DNA of 31,925 nucleotides from the NCBI GenBank assembly GCA_051294375.1, contig CM119268.1, forward strand, positions 19,979,611 to 20,011,535, given 5' to 3'. Positions 20,650 through 31,925 of the stretch are shown piece by piece; the stretch's first letter is position 1, and every line of letters begins with the position of its first letter. A program made the position numbers and the translations under genes. The notes under the pieces are model-generated. The model was not told where the DNA came from. It made no database searches and saw only the letters and a program-made list of their open reading frames with translations. The stretch is from Paraspadella gotoi (taxonomy: Eukaryota > Animalia > Chaetognatha).

Positions 20650-22714
20650 ATATTCTTATACCGGCCAAGGTAGAATGATGGCAATATTGTTAATATTAAG
20701 TTTCAAAAAAATCCGATCATAAATATAGAAAATATTAACCAAAATCTTCGGAAAATATACCCCTTCTTAGGCAGATTTTTGCCATAGAAGATTTTTCCCG
20801 AATCTGACTCCCCGGGTTTGAAAACTCTTAGAATTCCGAATCGTTAGCTCTCTTTTACTTTAAATAAAAATTTCACCAAAATGACTAATTCACTTTCCCA
20901 TGATCGTATCATATCAAAATGACTAAATAAAATGTAAAGAAAATTTTGAGAGCCCTTCAGACACTTTGTCAAAGGATTCCAAAATTGGATGTCATTTGTT
21001 GAACAGGAACATACCTTAGTCACGGTTTATATCGTTTTCAAGGAAAAAATCCCTTTCATTTCTGTATAAAAATCAGAGATAGAAAATTTTTCCATCCAGA
21101 AGCAGTCTATTTGTTCTGGCTTGTTTGATATCAAGATGTTGATGATTTGACAAGAGAAAAAAAAATGCGAGCCCTTCAGATACAACAGGATTGGAATCAA
21201 GTGTTTTATACATTCGATTGTATTTCGCGGAATTTTTCCCAGGAACGTTTATATTGTTTGGTAGTCAAATTTGAACAACAATCTTCATTGAAAATATCTT
21301 CTTCGATCTCTAAGAACGATGTCGGCTCCTAACATATATTAATTTTTTAATATTTATTTATAAATAAGAAAGGCTAAAAAAATTTTTACGATTTTTTATT
21401 TTTAAGTTCAGATTCAGGTAGCTTGCAAAAAGTTGTCTAACAAAGTATAATTTTTTTTATAATATTTGATCCTAAGTGGGTAAAAAATATGAAAATCTAT
21501 TTATCATCATTCAATAATTTATTCCTTTTTCTTAATTTGGACCAAGAAAACATAAAACTTTTTTAAAGTTGTAGTTTATATTTTTTATTTAACTTTTTAT
21601 GCTCTATAAGAATCCTTTAAAAAAAGTTAAGATTGATTAAAAAAAAATTTATCATTATATATTATTAGTAATATTGTAATTTTGATAGCAATAATAAAAG
21701 CATTAAAATCGAACTTTTTTTTAAAATTCTTTTTGTTACCTGAAAGTAGACTTCAAGACTAAAGTTTTGAACCCCCGCCCCTATTGAATTTAATTTAATA
21801 GAAGATTTCTATCTTTATAACCTCGTTTTTCCAAAAATATTGCCAGAAAGAGCCAATTTTGTAAAAGGCCCTCTATCTCCAATACAATTTTTTTCATGAC
21901 AGATTGAAATTTAAAAAAAAATATCTATAACAAGTATTAATGTTATCAGAAAATAACTTACTGAAAAGTTCACTTTTATTTTTTCCCTTTAATTAATTTT
22001 ATTTTGAAAAAATTTAAAGCCAACGTTTAGACGAAACCACTCCTATCCGAAGCTGCAGACAACGCCTGCAGAAAATTGTATAAGATTTTCTAGTAGTGTA
22101 TCAAGATGGATTCAGATTTTCAAAAACGTTTACACAAGTGATAACACATATATATACTTTAATATACTTTAATTTAAAACACTTTTTATTCGATTTGAAA
22201 TTCTCAACATGAGAGATCCCGGTCGATTTTTATCTGGCTTTTAAATTATGTAAATTAGCTTACGATCGAATTTGTCAGATAACGATTGACGCTCTTTATT
22301 CGCGTAATTTTAAACGTTTTATTATTGTAATATTATAAATAATTAAATATTAAAATTTTTAGAATATATATTTTATAAATATAAATAGTTATAGTATTTA
22401 TAATAATATAAATAAGACAAAAAATAGCATTTAAACGAGAGCTTGAATGCTTCTTATCTAAATGAAGAATTCGAACATATTTTTGCATAAAATAAAAAAA
22501 TAACTATTTTGCTTGCTTAAAATCATTATTACATATAATAAACTTTTATAAATTGTATAATTCAATCGTTTAAGTTATCGTTATACGTGCTTTAATAAAT
22601 AGGTAAATATGAAAAAACTTGATAACTAAGATGAAAATAACCAATAAAAGTAAAATATTAAAAAAAATAATAAAAATATTAATATCATTAAAAATATTAT
22701 TTAACAATAATAAT

Positions 22715-23105
22715 ATGAAATTGGTACAACCAATATAAAAATTATCCATTCATTTAATAAATAAGCTATCTTGCCCCTGACTTTGGACAGGCTTTGGTGG
22801 CCTCCATCACTCTTACAAGATAATGACATAGCAGGTCCCTGCAAGCTTTCATTCAAGACTCTCTCACAGTCTCAATTATTCACTCCCAGAGTACTTGGCT
22901 TCCCTATCAATAAAGTGGAAAATATTTCAAAGAATGTTTCAATTGTATGAAAAGACCACTCTCTTAAGTATTAGATCGGGGAATACTTATTGTACTCCGC
23001 ACTAGCATCAAAATACAAGGAGCTGAATTTTATGAAATTGGTACAACCAATATAAAAATTATCCATTCATTTAATAAATAAGCTATCTTGCCCCTGACTT
23101 TGGAC
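22715..23105. repeat. ~320-bp unit, about 1.2 tandem copies
   Basis: Same unit as 10641-11830, without the MITE (single TTGGACAG empty site). Confidence 0.88.
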
Positions 23106-23939
23106 TATAAACATTATCCATAAAAGAATCAATACTTTTTATTGACTCAATAGTTATAAAAGGTTTTCTTTTAATAATCATGAAATTGTTTATTATGTAT
23201 AGTTACTTATAGTACATACCCTTTTTTTAGTAAAAACCATAACTTTTTATCGAGCCATGACCGGCGAAGCCGGTTCAGGCTCTATAATGTTTTAGGATTG
23301 CTTCTTTGTGACGTAGTCATCGTCGGCGTCGTCGTCGGCGTCACGCTGTTTTTATATAAAAACTACTGCGCTTTTATAGTTTTGGCTGGGACTTACCGTT
23401 TTTTTTTAAATAAAAATTATTATGAATTACAATGAAGTATTATAAAAGTGTGCCATCATAGTAAGTTAAAAATTTAGATATGGCTTCTTATCTTGAAATA
23501 GCTTTGATATTTTCTTATTACATTTGTTGTTTGAATTTTTTTGTTTGAATTTCCACTTCATTATGATTTACTGCAATATGCAAATGAGATTATAGTACTC
23601 ATTATAATATCCAAATTAGTATATAGAAATGCTTTAATCTAATTTACATATTGCAGTATTTAATATTGAAGATGAAATTCAAAATTTTTTTTAAATCTAT
23701 AATAAAAATGGGAACTCCAAATAACTTTTTAATGTGAAGCTATATCTTAATTTTAAATACAAATAAAAATAAAATCTTTTATAAGCTGCGATTGGAAAAA
23801 ATTGGAAAAATTTCCAATTGTAAACCATTGTAACATTTTTTGCCTTTCTTTTATTTATTTTTTAATTATATATATATTTTTTTCAGACGCTGCCTTTTAT
23901 GAATCGTTTAAAAACGAGATCAGTCTCTCTCTGTCTCTC

Positions 23940-23964
23940 NNNNNNNNNNNNNNNNNNNNNNNNN
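23940..23964. other. Assembly gap (N run)
   Basis: 25 Ns. Confidence 0.99.
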
Positions 23965-24129
23965 TTTGTGTGCGTCTGACTCTCTCTGTATGATCTCTTG
24001 CGTGATCGTTCGTTTTTTGAAAAATTCTGATTATTTTTTTCTTTCTAAAAAAAATATATATTTGATCAGGCGCTGCCTTTTCTGAATCGTTTAAAAACGA
24101 GTTCAGGCTCTCTCTCTCTCCCTCCGTCT

Positions 24130-24173
<44 letters not shown>

Positions 24174-24975
24174 ATTTTACAAAAAACAAAATTATTCACT
24201 TTTTTTCACCACCGATTTTTGAAAAATTCTTATTATTCTTTCCTTCTAAAAACTTTTATTATCGCCATTCATTTTTTTTCTCATACAAAATCCCAAATTT
24301 ACATCCGAGATTTTCGTGGATTCATTTTAGAAAAAGGGAAGAATAACTTATAATGCAGGCAATGTCACATGTACATCTACTTGTGTGACAGGTAAGCGAT
24401 ACCTGCTATATATCCGGCAATTGCGCGGATTAATATAAATAATATATAATATAAAAAATATAACAATCTAAAATTTCATTCAAGATAAAATTTTTTTAAG
24501 ATGAGGAAATGAAATTTATTTGAATAAGTAAAAAAAATATTTGGAAGTCAAAAATATCATAGTCGTTAACTGATTATTGTCAACTATATATTTTGTTAAT
24601 AGAAATTATAATTTTTTGACCGTTATTATTGAAAATAGTTTAGCCTTATAGCGACGAGTTTTCATTTCATACAATCAATATCAATCTCATTAATTTTCAA
24701 TAATATGCAAAAAAATAAGGTTTTCAACCTCATTTTGAACTAGATGAACAAAAGACTTCAGTCTTATTTCAATTGAAAAAAAAAAATAGAAAGTTAATTG
24801 ATGCTTAATCACACTCTAATAAAACAATTTTATTTTTATCACGCCACTTTTTTCTTAATACAAAATCCCAAATTTATTTCCGAGATTTTCGTGGATTATT
24901 ATTTTTTTCTTTCTAAAAACTTTTATATTATTTTATTATTCTCTCTATATTTCTCTCTCAATCAACTCTCTGTCG

Positions 24976-25014
<39 letters not shown>

Positions 25015-25023
25015 AATTAACTC

Positions 25024-25292
25024 ATCACGTCAATGAATGACTAGCATCGCATCAATGAATGACTATCATCGCATCAATGAATGACTATCATCGCATCAAT
25101 GAATGATTATCATCCGATCAATGAAGGACTATCATCGCATCAATGAATGATTATCATCGCATCAATGAATGACTATCATCGCATCCATCATTTGGTTATC
25201 ATCGCATCAATCCTTCGGTTATCATCGCATCAATATTTGGTTATCATCGCATCAATATTTGGTTATCATCGCATCAATATTTGGTTATCATC
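25024..25292. repeat. 22-bp minisatellite, about 12 copies
   Basis: Unit ATCGCATCAATGAATGACTATC grading into ATCGCATCAATATTTGGTTATC. Confidence 0.92.
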
Positions 25293-25992
25293 AAAAGTAG
25301 GCTCGATCCCTATTGCTTTTAAGATTTTTTTTTATCATTTTCTTAATTTATGATCTTCCCAGATCTGTGCAAAAATTTTAATAATATTTAAAGTATTAAT
25401 TGTAATTTCGCTATAGAGAGGCAGTGCAAGAACAAAAACACTTATTTTTTTCAGAATGACGTGAAGGAAAATACTTTAATACTAATCACATTAATTATTG
25501 TGAGTATGTACAAATAAATATTACTGTTGAGATAAGACAGTGCAGATTTTAATTTATTTGCTAATATTTTGATATATATTGAGAAATCCTTTGTCCTTTA
25601 ATCTCATTTGCATGAAAATTTTCAAATTACTTGTTTCACTATCTTTTATTTTTTATTTTTATATTTTATGAAAGATTTACCATTTAATCTATTGTGGACG
25701 AACAACTACAACACGCAACCTCGGTCAAAACTGAACTTACCAACCTTACCCTCGACCGTTTTCCCTCATTTCTCTTTATGGTCAAACTTTGACCTTGTAA
25801 ATATCTATTGTTATAGACTTAGCATCTGAGCCTTTTATTGTTATCGTTTTTAACCTTGTTGAAGAATAAATCATTCTTACTCTGAAACTTGTGTCGTCCA
25901 CACGTGGTGAGCCCCGTGAAAAACAAAACAAATAAAACAAACCAAAAAAATAATAAAAAATCTCTCAACTCATTTTTTTTTTTCCCTCTTTG

Positions 25993-27206
25993 ATGTCCCG
26001 TCGACCAAGCACCTTCCGTCCTCCATCGCCAGCCGACGAAGAAGAAGAGACAATGCCAGTAACGACTCGCAACGCCTCTCATTCCGACGGCGCCGGCCAC
26101 GACGAGGCGTTCCACGACGCCGCTGCATCCTCATCTACCCCAAATCTCGAAAACAAAATCGAAAAACTTTTTGAAATGATTTACGAGTTGAATTCAAAAT
26201 TTCCTCCATCACTGAGAGACCAACTCCTTCATCAGCAGACGCCAGCACCGCCTCAACGGAACTGCCTTCCCCACAGGAAGATAATGGCGCCGGTGACGCC
26301 GCCCCCGCAGGGGACGCCGCCCGCCCTCGTCCTTCCTCCGACGCCCCTGCTAGAGACGAAACCCAAAACTGACGACCTTTGACCCCGACCACATCGAGGA
26401 GTGGTTGGACCACACTGCTGTGGAATTTGGCGCCACCGGCGTCACCAACCCGGCGGAGAAGAAGGCGCAAATCCTCAGCGCCATCCCTATCGCCCGCCAC
26501 CGGCTGATTCCACACGCTCTGCGCATCGACGAAGGTCTCGACGCCCACAACAATCTTGTCGCCCACTTAAAAAACATTTATGGTGAAGATGCCAACCGGC
26601 GCGCCGCAAAGGCGTTGAAGATGACGTCGCTGAAAGGCGTCACCCCCTCTCAACACCTTTCTGCGATTGACGCCGTCCTTGAAGGCCTCACCATCGACCA
26701 CATCAAGGCCGCCATCTTGGCCGCTGCCCTCCTCAGAGCGTGAGGGAACACGCCGTCAGGAAGGACAAGAAGCCCGCCGACATCGCCAAAGATGCCGACG
26801 AGTTCTTCCTCCCTTCCGGCCAACTTCGATGCTCCGATCGCGCCTCAACTCCGTGAACGCCGTCACCTCCATTGAAGTCACAGTGGACGAGCCACTGGAG
26901 ACTCCAAACGAATCGACTGATTCCGACGACGCCGCCTTCTCTTATGCGAACGCAGTCCGCCGACCGCCGCCGCGCTCAACGCAACGCCCTTTTTCGCAGC
27001 AGCGTCAACTGCAGCAACGCACGCAGCAGCAACGCCGCCCAATCTTGACGCCTCGTTCCCCTCCACATCGCGAACCGCCTATAGGCGAAGCTAAGTGCTT
27101 TTACCATTACAATTTCGGCCCCAACGCCTTCAAATGCCACGGGACTAATCGCGACGGCCGCCCGTGCCCAATGGCGCCGTCAAACGCCAACGCCAGCGGC
27201 CGCTAG
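25993..27206 (+). pseudogene. gag: gag (frameshifted as assembled)
   Basis: Split over three ORFs. Contains TFDPDHIEEWLDHTAVEFGATGVTNPAEK and C-terminal CFYHYNFGPNAFKCHGTNRDGRPC; TAG at 27204-27206. Confidence 0.85.
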
Positions 27207-30200
27207 TCGCCCACGTCGCTGGCCAAAACGACTCTAAACTCTTTCTAGTGCGCGACCCGACGCCGGCCTGGAGTGGCCGACCGCGCCGCCGCCTAAAGCG
27301 AATCCTGCCGCCGTCGAGGCGGCGCTCCCGCCGCAAACGCTCCGCCACTCCGCGCCGCCAACGACACGCCCATCGAAACCTTTGGCATTCGAGAAATGGG
27401 GATTAGACTGGGAAAACGCGTTTTCCCTTATCTCGTCATTATCGCCGACGTCGCCACGCCCATTCTCGGCGCCGACTTTTTGATGGAGCATCATCTCGGC
27501 GTTGATCATCAACGCCGTATCCTCCTCGACCTCGACGACTACATGGTCATTTCTGGCCATGCCCACGACGCCGCCTCAGCCGCGGCGCCGCCCCGCGTTT
27601 TACAGTCCGCGATGCCTACTCCGCGCTTCTTGATGAGCGACCGGAACTTACAAAGCTCGTCTTCAACTCGGCGCCGCCCAAGCACGGCGTCGAACACCAT
27701 ATCCCAACGAAAGGTCCGCCCGTCTTCGCCCGCGCCGCCGTCTCGCCCCCGATCAGCTTGCCGCCGCCAAAGCCGAGTTTGAAAAAATGTTGGAACTCGG
27801 CATAATCCGACGATCCACTTCCGCTTGGGCGTCGCCGCTTCACGTTACACGGAAACCCGATGGCTCTCTCCGTCCATGCGGCGACTACCGGCGCCTCAAT
27901 GGCGTCACCGTCGACGACCGCTACCCAATTCGCCACCTCATGGACTTTAACGCCGACGTCGCCGGGAAGACGGTCTTCTCGAAGATTGACCTTTGCAAAG
28001 GTTACCACCAGATTCCCGTTGCAAAAGAAGATCGTCACAAAACGGCAATTATCACACCGTTTGGTTATACGAATTTCTCTTCATGCCATTTGGTTGAAAA
28101 ATGCCGGTCAGGACTTCCAACGTATGATGGATCAAGTCCTGAGCGGCATCCCCCATGTTTTCGTTTACTTGGACGATCTCCTCGTAGCGTCTCACTCACA
28201 CGAGGAACACCAAGAAGACCTCAAACGCGTCTTCAACGCCCTCGCCAACAACGGCCTCATTGTCAATCGCGCCAAGTGCGTTTTCGGCGCATCCAGCCTC
28301 GAGTTTCTCGGCTACAACGTCGACAAAGATGGCGTTCGACCACTTCCGGCAAAAGTGGAGGCGCTACGTGCGATGGCAACGCCCACTTCCGTCAAGGAAC
28401 TTCAACGCTTCCTCGGCGTCTTTAATTATTATCGTCGTTTTGTTCCCCACGCCGCACACCATCTCGATCCACTTCTCGAAGTCCTCCGTGGGAAACCGCG
28501 CGCGCTTAAGTGGGCGTCGCCGCAAGACGCCGCTTTCCAGGCAATCAAAGATGCACTTGCAGACTCCACGATGCTGGTACACCCCATCGACGGCGCCCCT
28601 CTCGCTCTCACAGTCGACGCCTCCGACGTTGCTGTCGGCGCTGTCCTCGAACAGCTCGTCAACGGCTAATGGCAACCTCTTGGTTTCCATTCCAAGCCGC
28701 TGAAGCCAAACCAGCGCAAATGGCCTCCCTTCGACAAGGAGCTCCTCGCCGCCCACGCCTCGATCCGCCACTTCCGTCCATATCTTGAAGGGCGCCGTTT
28801 TACTCTTTTCAGCGACCATATCTCGCTCGTACCGGCGCTGAGGAAGAAGGCGGAGCCTCACACAATGAGGCAGACATATCAACTGGCGGGCATCGCCGAA
28901 TATACCGGCGATATTCGCCACATCGCCGGGAAAGCCAACGTCGTCGCCGATGCACTCTCTCGCCCGCCAATGAAAACCCCGTCCCCGCCGCCAGCGTCGC
29001 CAATCAACGCGAACCAAACCGCGCCAGCCTCGAACGTTCAAAAAGCGCGTGACGACATCGCCGCCACCGTCAATGCCGTCGGCGCCCTTCAAATCAATTT
29101 TGAGGCAATGGCGGCAGATCAGGCCACCGACGACGACGTACAGAGGCTCCTCAATGACCCTCACACAGCACTCCGTCTAAAAAACGTTCCAATAAGGAAC
29201 ACAACGCTCGTGTGCGACATTTCCGGTTCGCGGGCACGCCCACTCGTCCCTATGTCATGGCGCCGACGCGTTTTTGATGCCACCCATGGCATTGCTCACC
29301 CAGGGGTTCGCGCATCAAAGAAACTGATTACAACGCGTTTCGTTTGGCCATCCGTCTCATCCGACGTTGCGAGGTGGGCGTCATCATGTGACACATGCCA
29401 GCGCGCCAAGACCAACGTCATGTCCGCGCGCCTCTCCAGCATTTTGAACCACCTTCAAAACGATTCGCCCATGTCCACATCGACCTCGTCGGACCACTAC
29501 CCGCTGTTTCTGGCCACACACATCTCTTGACCATGATCGACCGCTTTACGCGCTGGCCGGAAGCGGCGCCGCTCCGCGACACCTCCGCCGCCTCAGTTGC
29601 CGCCGCTTTTTTACAGAACTGGGTCTCCCGTTTCGGCGTCCCTTCCGTCGTCACCACTGATCGTGGCGCCCAATTCACGTCGGAATTGTGGCGCCAAGTG
29701 GCGGCAGTCGTTGGCTTCGATCCCTCTACAACAACCGCCTACCACCCCCAATCCAACGGGATGGTAGAGCGTCTCCATCGAACGCTGAAGGCGGCCCTTC
29801 GCGCTCGCTGTGACGCCGCGGGAGAAAACTGGCTGGCGCAACTTCCCTGGACTCTTTTGAGCCTCCGCGCAACTCCACGTGAGGATTCCGACGCCTCACC
29901 CGCCGAATTGACGCTGGGCGAGTCACTCACGCTCCCCAGTGAGCTACTTCCGGTTCCAGCAACCGACGTCGACGCCGCCGCTCGCGCACAAATCCTCGAC
30001 AGTCTCCGAGCTGATGTTGCCTCATGCAGCCCCTGCCCGCCGCTTGGCACGCGGCGCCGCCCTCTCACGTCCCGGAAACTCTCGCTGACGCCGACCGTGT
30101 CTACGTCAGACGTGACGGCCACTCGACGCCGCTCCAGCCTCCCTACGACGGCCCTTACGTCGTGCGTGAACGAGGACCGAAAACCTTCAAAGTCTGAAAT

Positions 30201-30579
30201 CCCGGGCCGCGGCGTCGAAGTCATCTCCGTCGACCGATTGAAGCCGGCCGTCACTGACGAGCTCGCGCCTCCTGACCCACCTTCGGCGCGCCCACGTGGC
30301 CGTCCCCGTCGAGTCTCTGCTCCCTCCACCCGTATCCCCGCCTCCGGAAACGGAAGCGGCGCCACTCGCGTCTTCCACGACGCCGCACGTTGCTCACGGA
30401 CAATCCATTTCAATTCCCGGCCTTTTGAACATTCTTCCGACGATGCTTCAGCCGCGAAGATGACGACGAAAGCGACGACGCAATTCAATGATTTTCTCAG
30501 CCTTCTCCCCATCCGGTCGAAGCCTTGGTGGGGGATGTGTGGACGAACAACTACAACACGCAACCTCGGTCAAAACTGA
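27164..30579 (+). pseudogene. pol: pol: protease, reverse transcriptase, RNase H, integrase (frameshifted as assembled)
   Basis: ILGADFL (PR); WASPLH..RPCGDYRRLN..KIDL.KGYHQIP and YLDD (RT); LTVDAS (RH); HGIAHPG..CDTC, HIDLVGP, TTDRGAQF, HPQSNGMVER and YDGPY (IN). Several frameshifts and a TAA at 28667. Confidence 0.95.
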
Positions 30580-31660
30580 ACTTACCAACCTACCTCGACC
30601 GTTTTCCCTCATTTCTCTTTATGGTCAAACTTTGACCTTGTAAATATCTATTGTTATAGACTTAGCATCTGAGCCTTTTATTGTTTATCGTTTTTAACCT
30701 TGTTGAAGAATTAATCATTCTTACTCTGAAACTTGTGTCGTCCACACTATTCTTTAATATTATAGTGCGGTAAAAATTTAAAACGTAAATATTCAATAAT
30801 CCGCTTTACATTTAAAAAAATTAACTTCATATACTTATTTAAGTACATGGAAAGTACAGGAATCACAGACAGGCCAGGCCAAACTCTGATATCGATCCGG
30901 CCTACTGAATGTGTATTTTATGGCCCATATGTTTCAAGTTTTGTTTTTTTTGGATCACTGTGACCCCTCCTCCCTCCTTCTTCCCCCTCTCTCCGCCTTT
31001 ATCTCTCCAATCCCCTCCCTTCTCCTCCTCCTTCCTCTTTCTCCTCCTCCCTTCGCCTCATTGCGTATCATCGACCAAATCGACCAAAATCTTGGGTCAT
31101 TCCTCATTTATTATTCAGTGTAACTGCCGCGTGGGGCATCTGTCGTCAAGTTCCCCTCGCGTTGGACCTTGTCTCTCTCCCCCGCCCCTTTCCCTATCTC
31201 TCTCTCCTCTTCTCTCTGACTTTGCACTTTCTCAATTGCGACTATGAAAGCGCTGTACGTGGCAAAAAATTTCATTGTCCATGTAAACAGTAGTCGGGAG
31301 ACGAAGCGGATTTTTTTATTCGCTCCATTTTTAGCTAATTCTGATTAACGAAAAGGACAACTCTGCTAAATACTACTTTAAACAAGTACTTTTTTATCTG
31401 AACACTGACCCCTTTTTAAGGCTCAAATATCTGAATTAGTGATTCCAATAATTCTGTTTAAGAGCCTAATTGGGTTGAATTTTATACTGAATATCTGGTC
31501 TCTCATTGTAGTAGATGTTTTGATTTATTCTCACTATGAGATTAAAGACGAAGACTTTTACATCAACGATTGATTTTTATTTGTCAGACATGTTACGGCT
31601 TTTTGACTTGTCAACTTTAAATTAATTCATAAGTGAACTATGAATGATATAAGGAAAATA

Positions 31661-31895
31661 CCGCGCTCAACGCAACGCCCTTTTTCGCAGCAGCGTCAAC
31701 TGCAGCAACGCACGCAGCAGCAACGCCGCCCAATCTTGACGCCTCGTTCCCCTCCACATCGCGAACCGCCTATAGGCGAAGCTAAGTGCTTTTACCATTA
31801 CAATTTCGGCCCCAACGCCTTCAAATGCCACGGGACTAATCGCGACGGCCGCCCGTGCCCAATGGCGCCGTCAAACGCCAACGCCAGCGGCCGCT
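31661..31895 (+). mobile_element. Exact 235-bp copy of the gag 3' end (26970-27204)
   Basis: Base-for-base match by eye, from CCGCGCTCAACG to CAGCGGCCGCT. Confidence 0.93.
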
Positions 31896-31925
31896 CGCAG
31901 ATTCGACTGTCGGGCGAAACTAAGA

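Larger units (their letters stand above)
25693..30746 (+). mobile_element. Full-length Ty3/Gypsy LTR retrotransposon, CsRn1-like clade
   Basis: LTRs at 25693-25902 and 30538-30746 with 9-bp terminal inverted repeats TGTGGACGA/TCGTCCACA. TSD CTAT. PBS TGGTGAGCCC at 25905. PPT GGTGGGGGATG. Domain order gag-PR-RT-RH-IN, with a CHCC Gag knuckle. Confidence 0.97.

Noticed and set aside
20700-21330. Possible decayed transposase or recombinase on the minus strand
   Set aside because: The composition looks coding-like, but there are many stops and no diagnostic motif I can support; needs blastx.
25024-25292. CRISPR-like array
   Set aside because: Head-to-tail 22-bp units with no unique spacers, in a eukaryotic context; it is a minisatellite.
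28364-30563. Long minus-strand ORFs within the Gypsy element
   Set aside because: Antisense shadows of GC-rich pol codons with no independent motifs.

Overview
This is AT-rich, repeat-dense eukaryotic (probably animal) DNA with two N gaps. It carries six plus-strand exons of a GT14 core-2/I-branching beta-1,6-GlcNAc transferase (GCNT-like) gene (7424-14114; the 5' exons are not seen). It also holds a full-length CsRn1-clade Ty3/Gypsy retrotransposon (25693-30746) with relics of it, three hAT-type MITEs, a Transib-like MITE, a Penelope GIY-YIG fragment, a degenerate hammerhead and helentron-like repeats. The main finding is three different small non-coding LTR elements (5400-6061 +, 7636-8376 +, 16643-17302 -) plus a solo LTR (12029-12866 -). 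The three two-LTR elements each have a 4-bp TSD and a PBS/PPT like the Gypsy element. Every one of these LTRs carries, on the element's sense strand, a P5-type twister ribozyme fold with covarying pseudoknots and a self-complementary P1. They are candidate 'twister retrozymes' with a plausible autonomous helper in the same window. All calls are by eye; ribozyme activity and novelty are untested.
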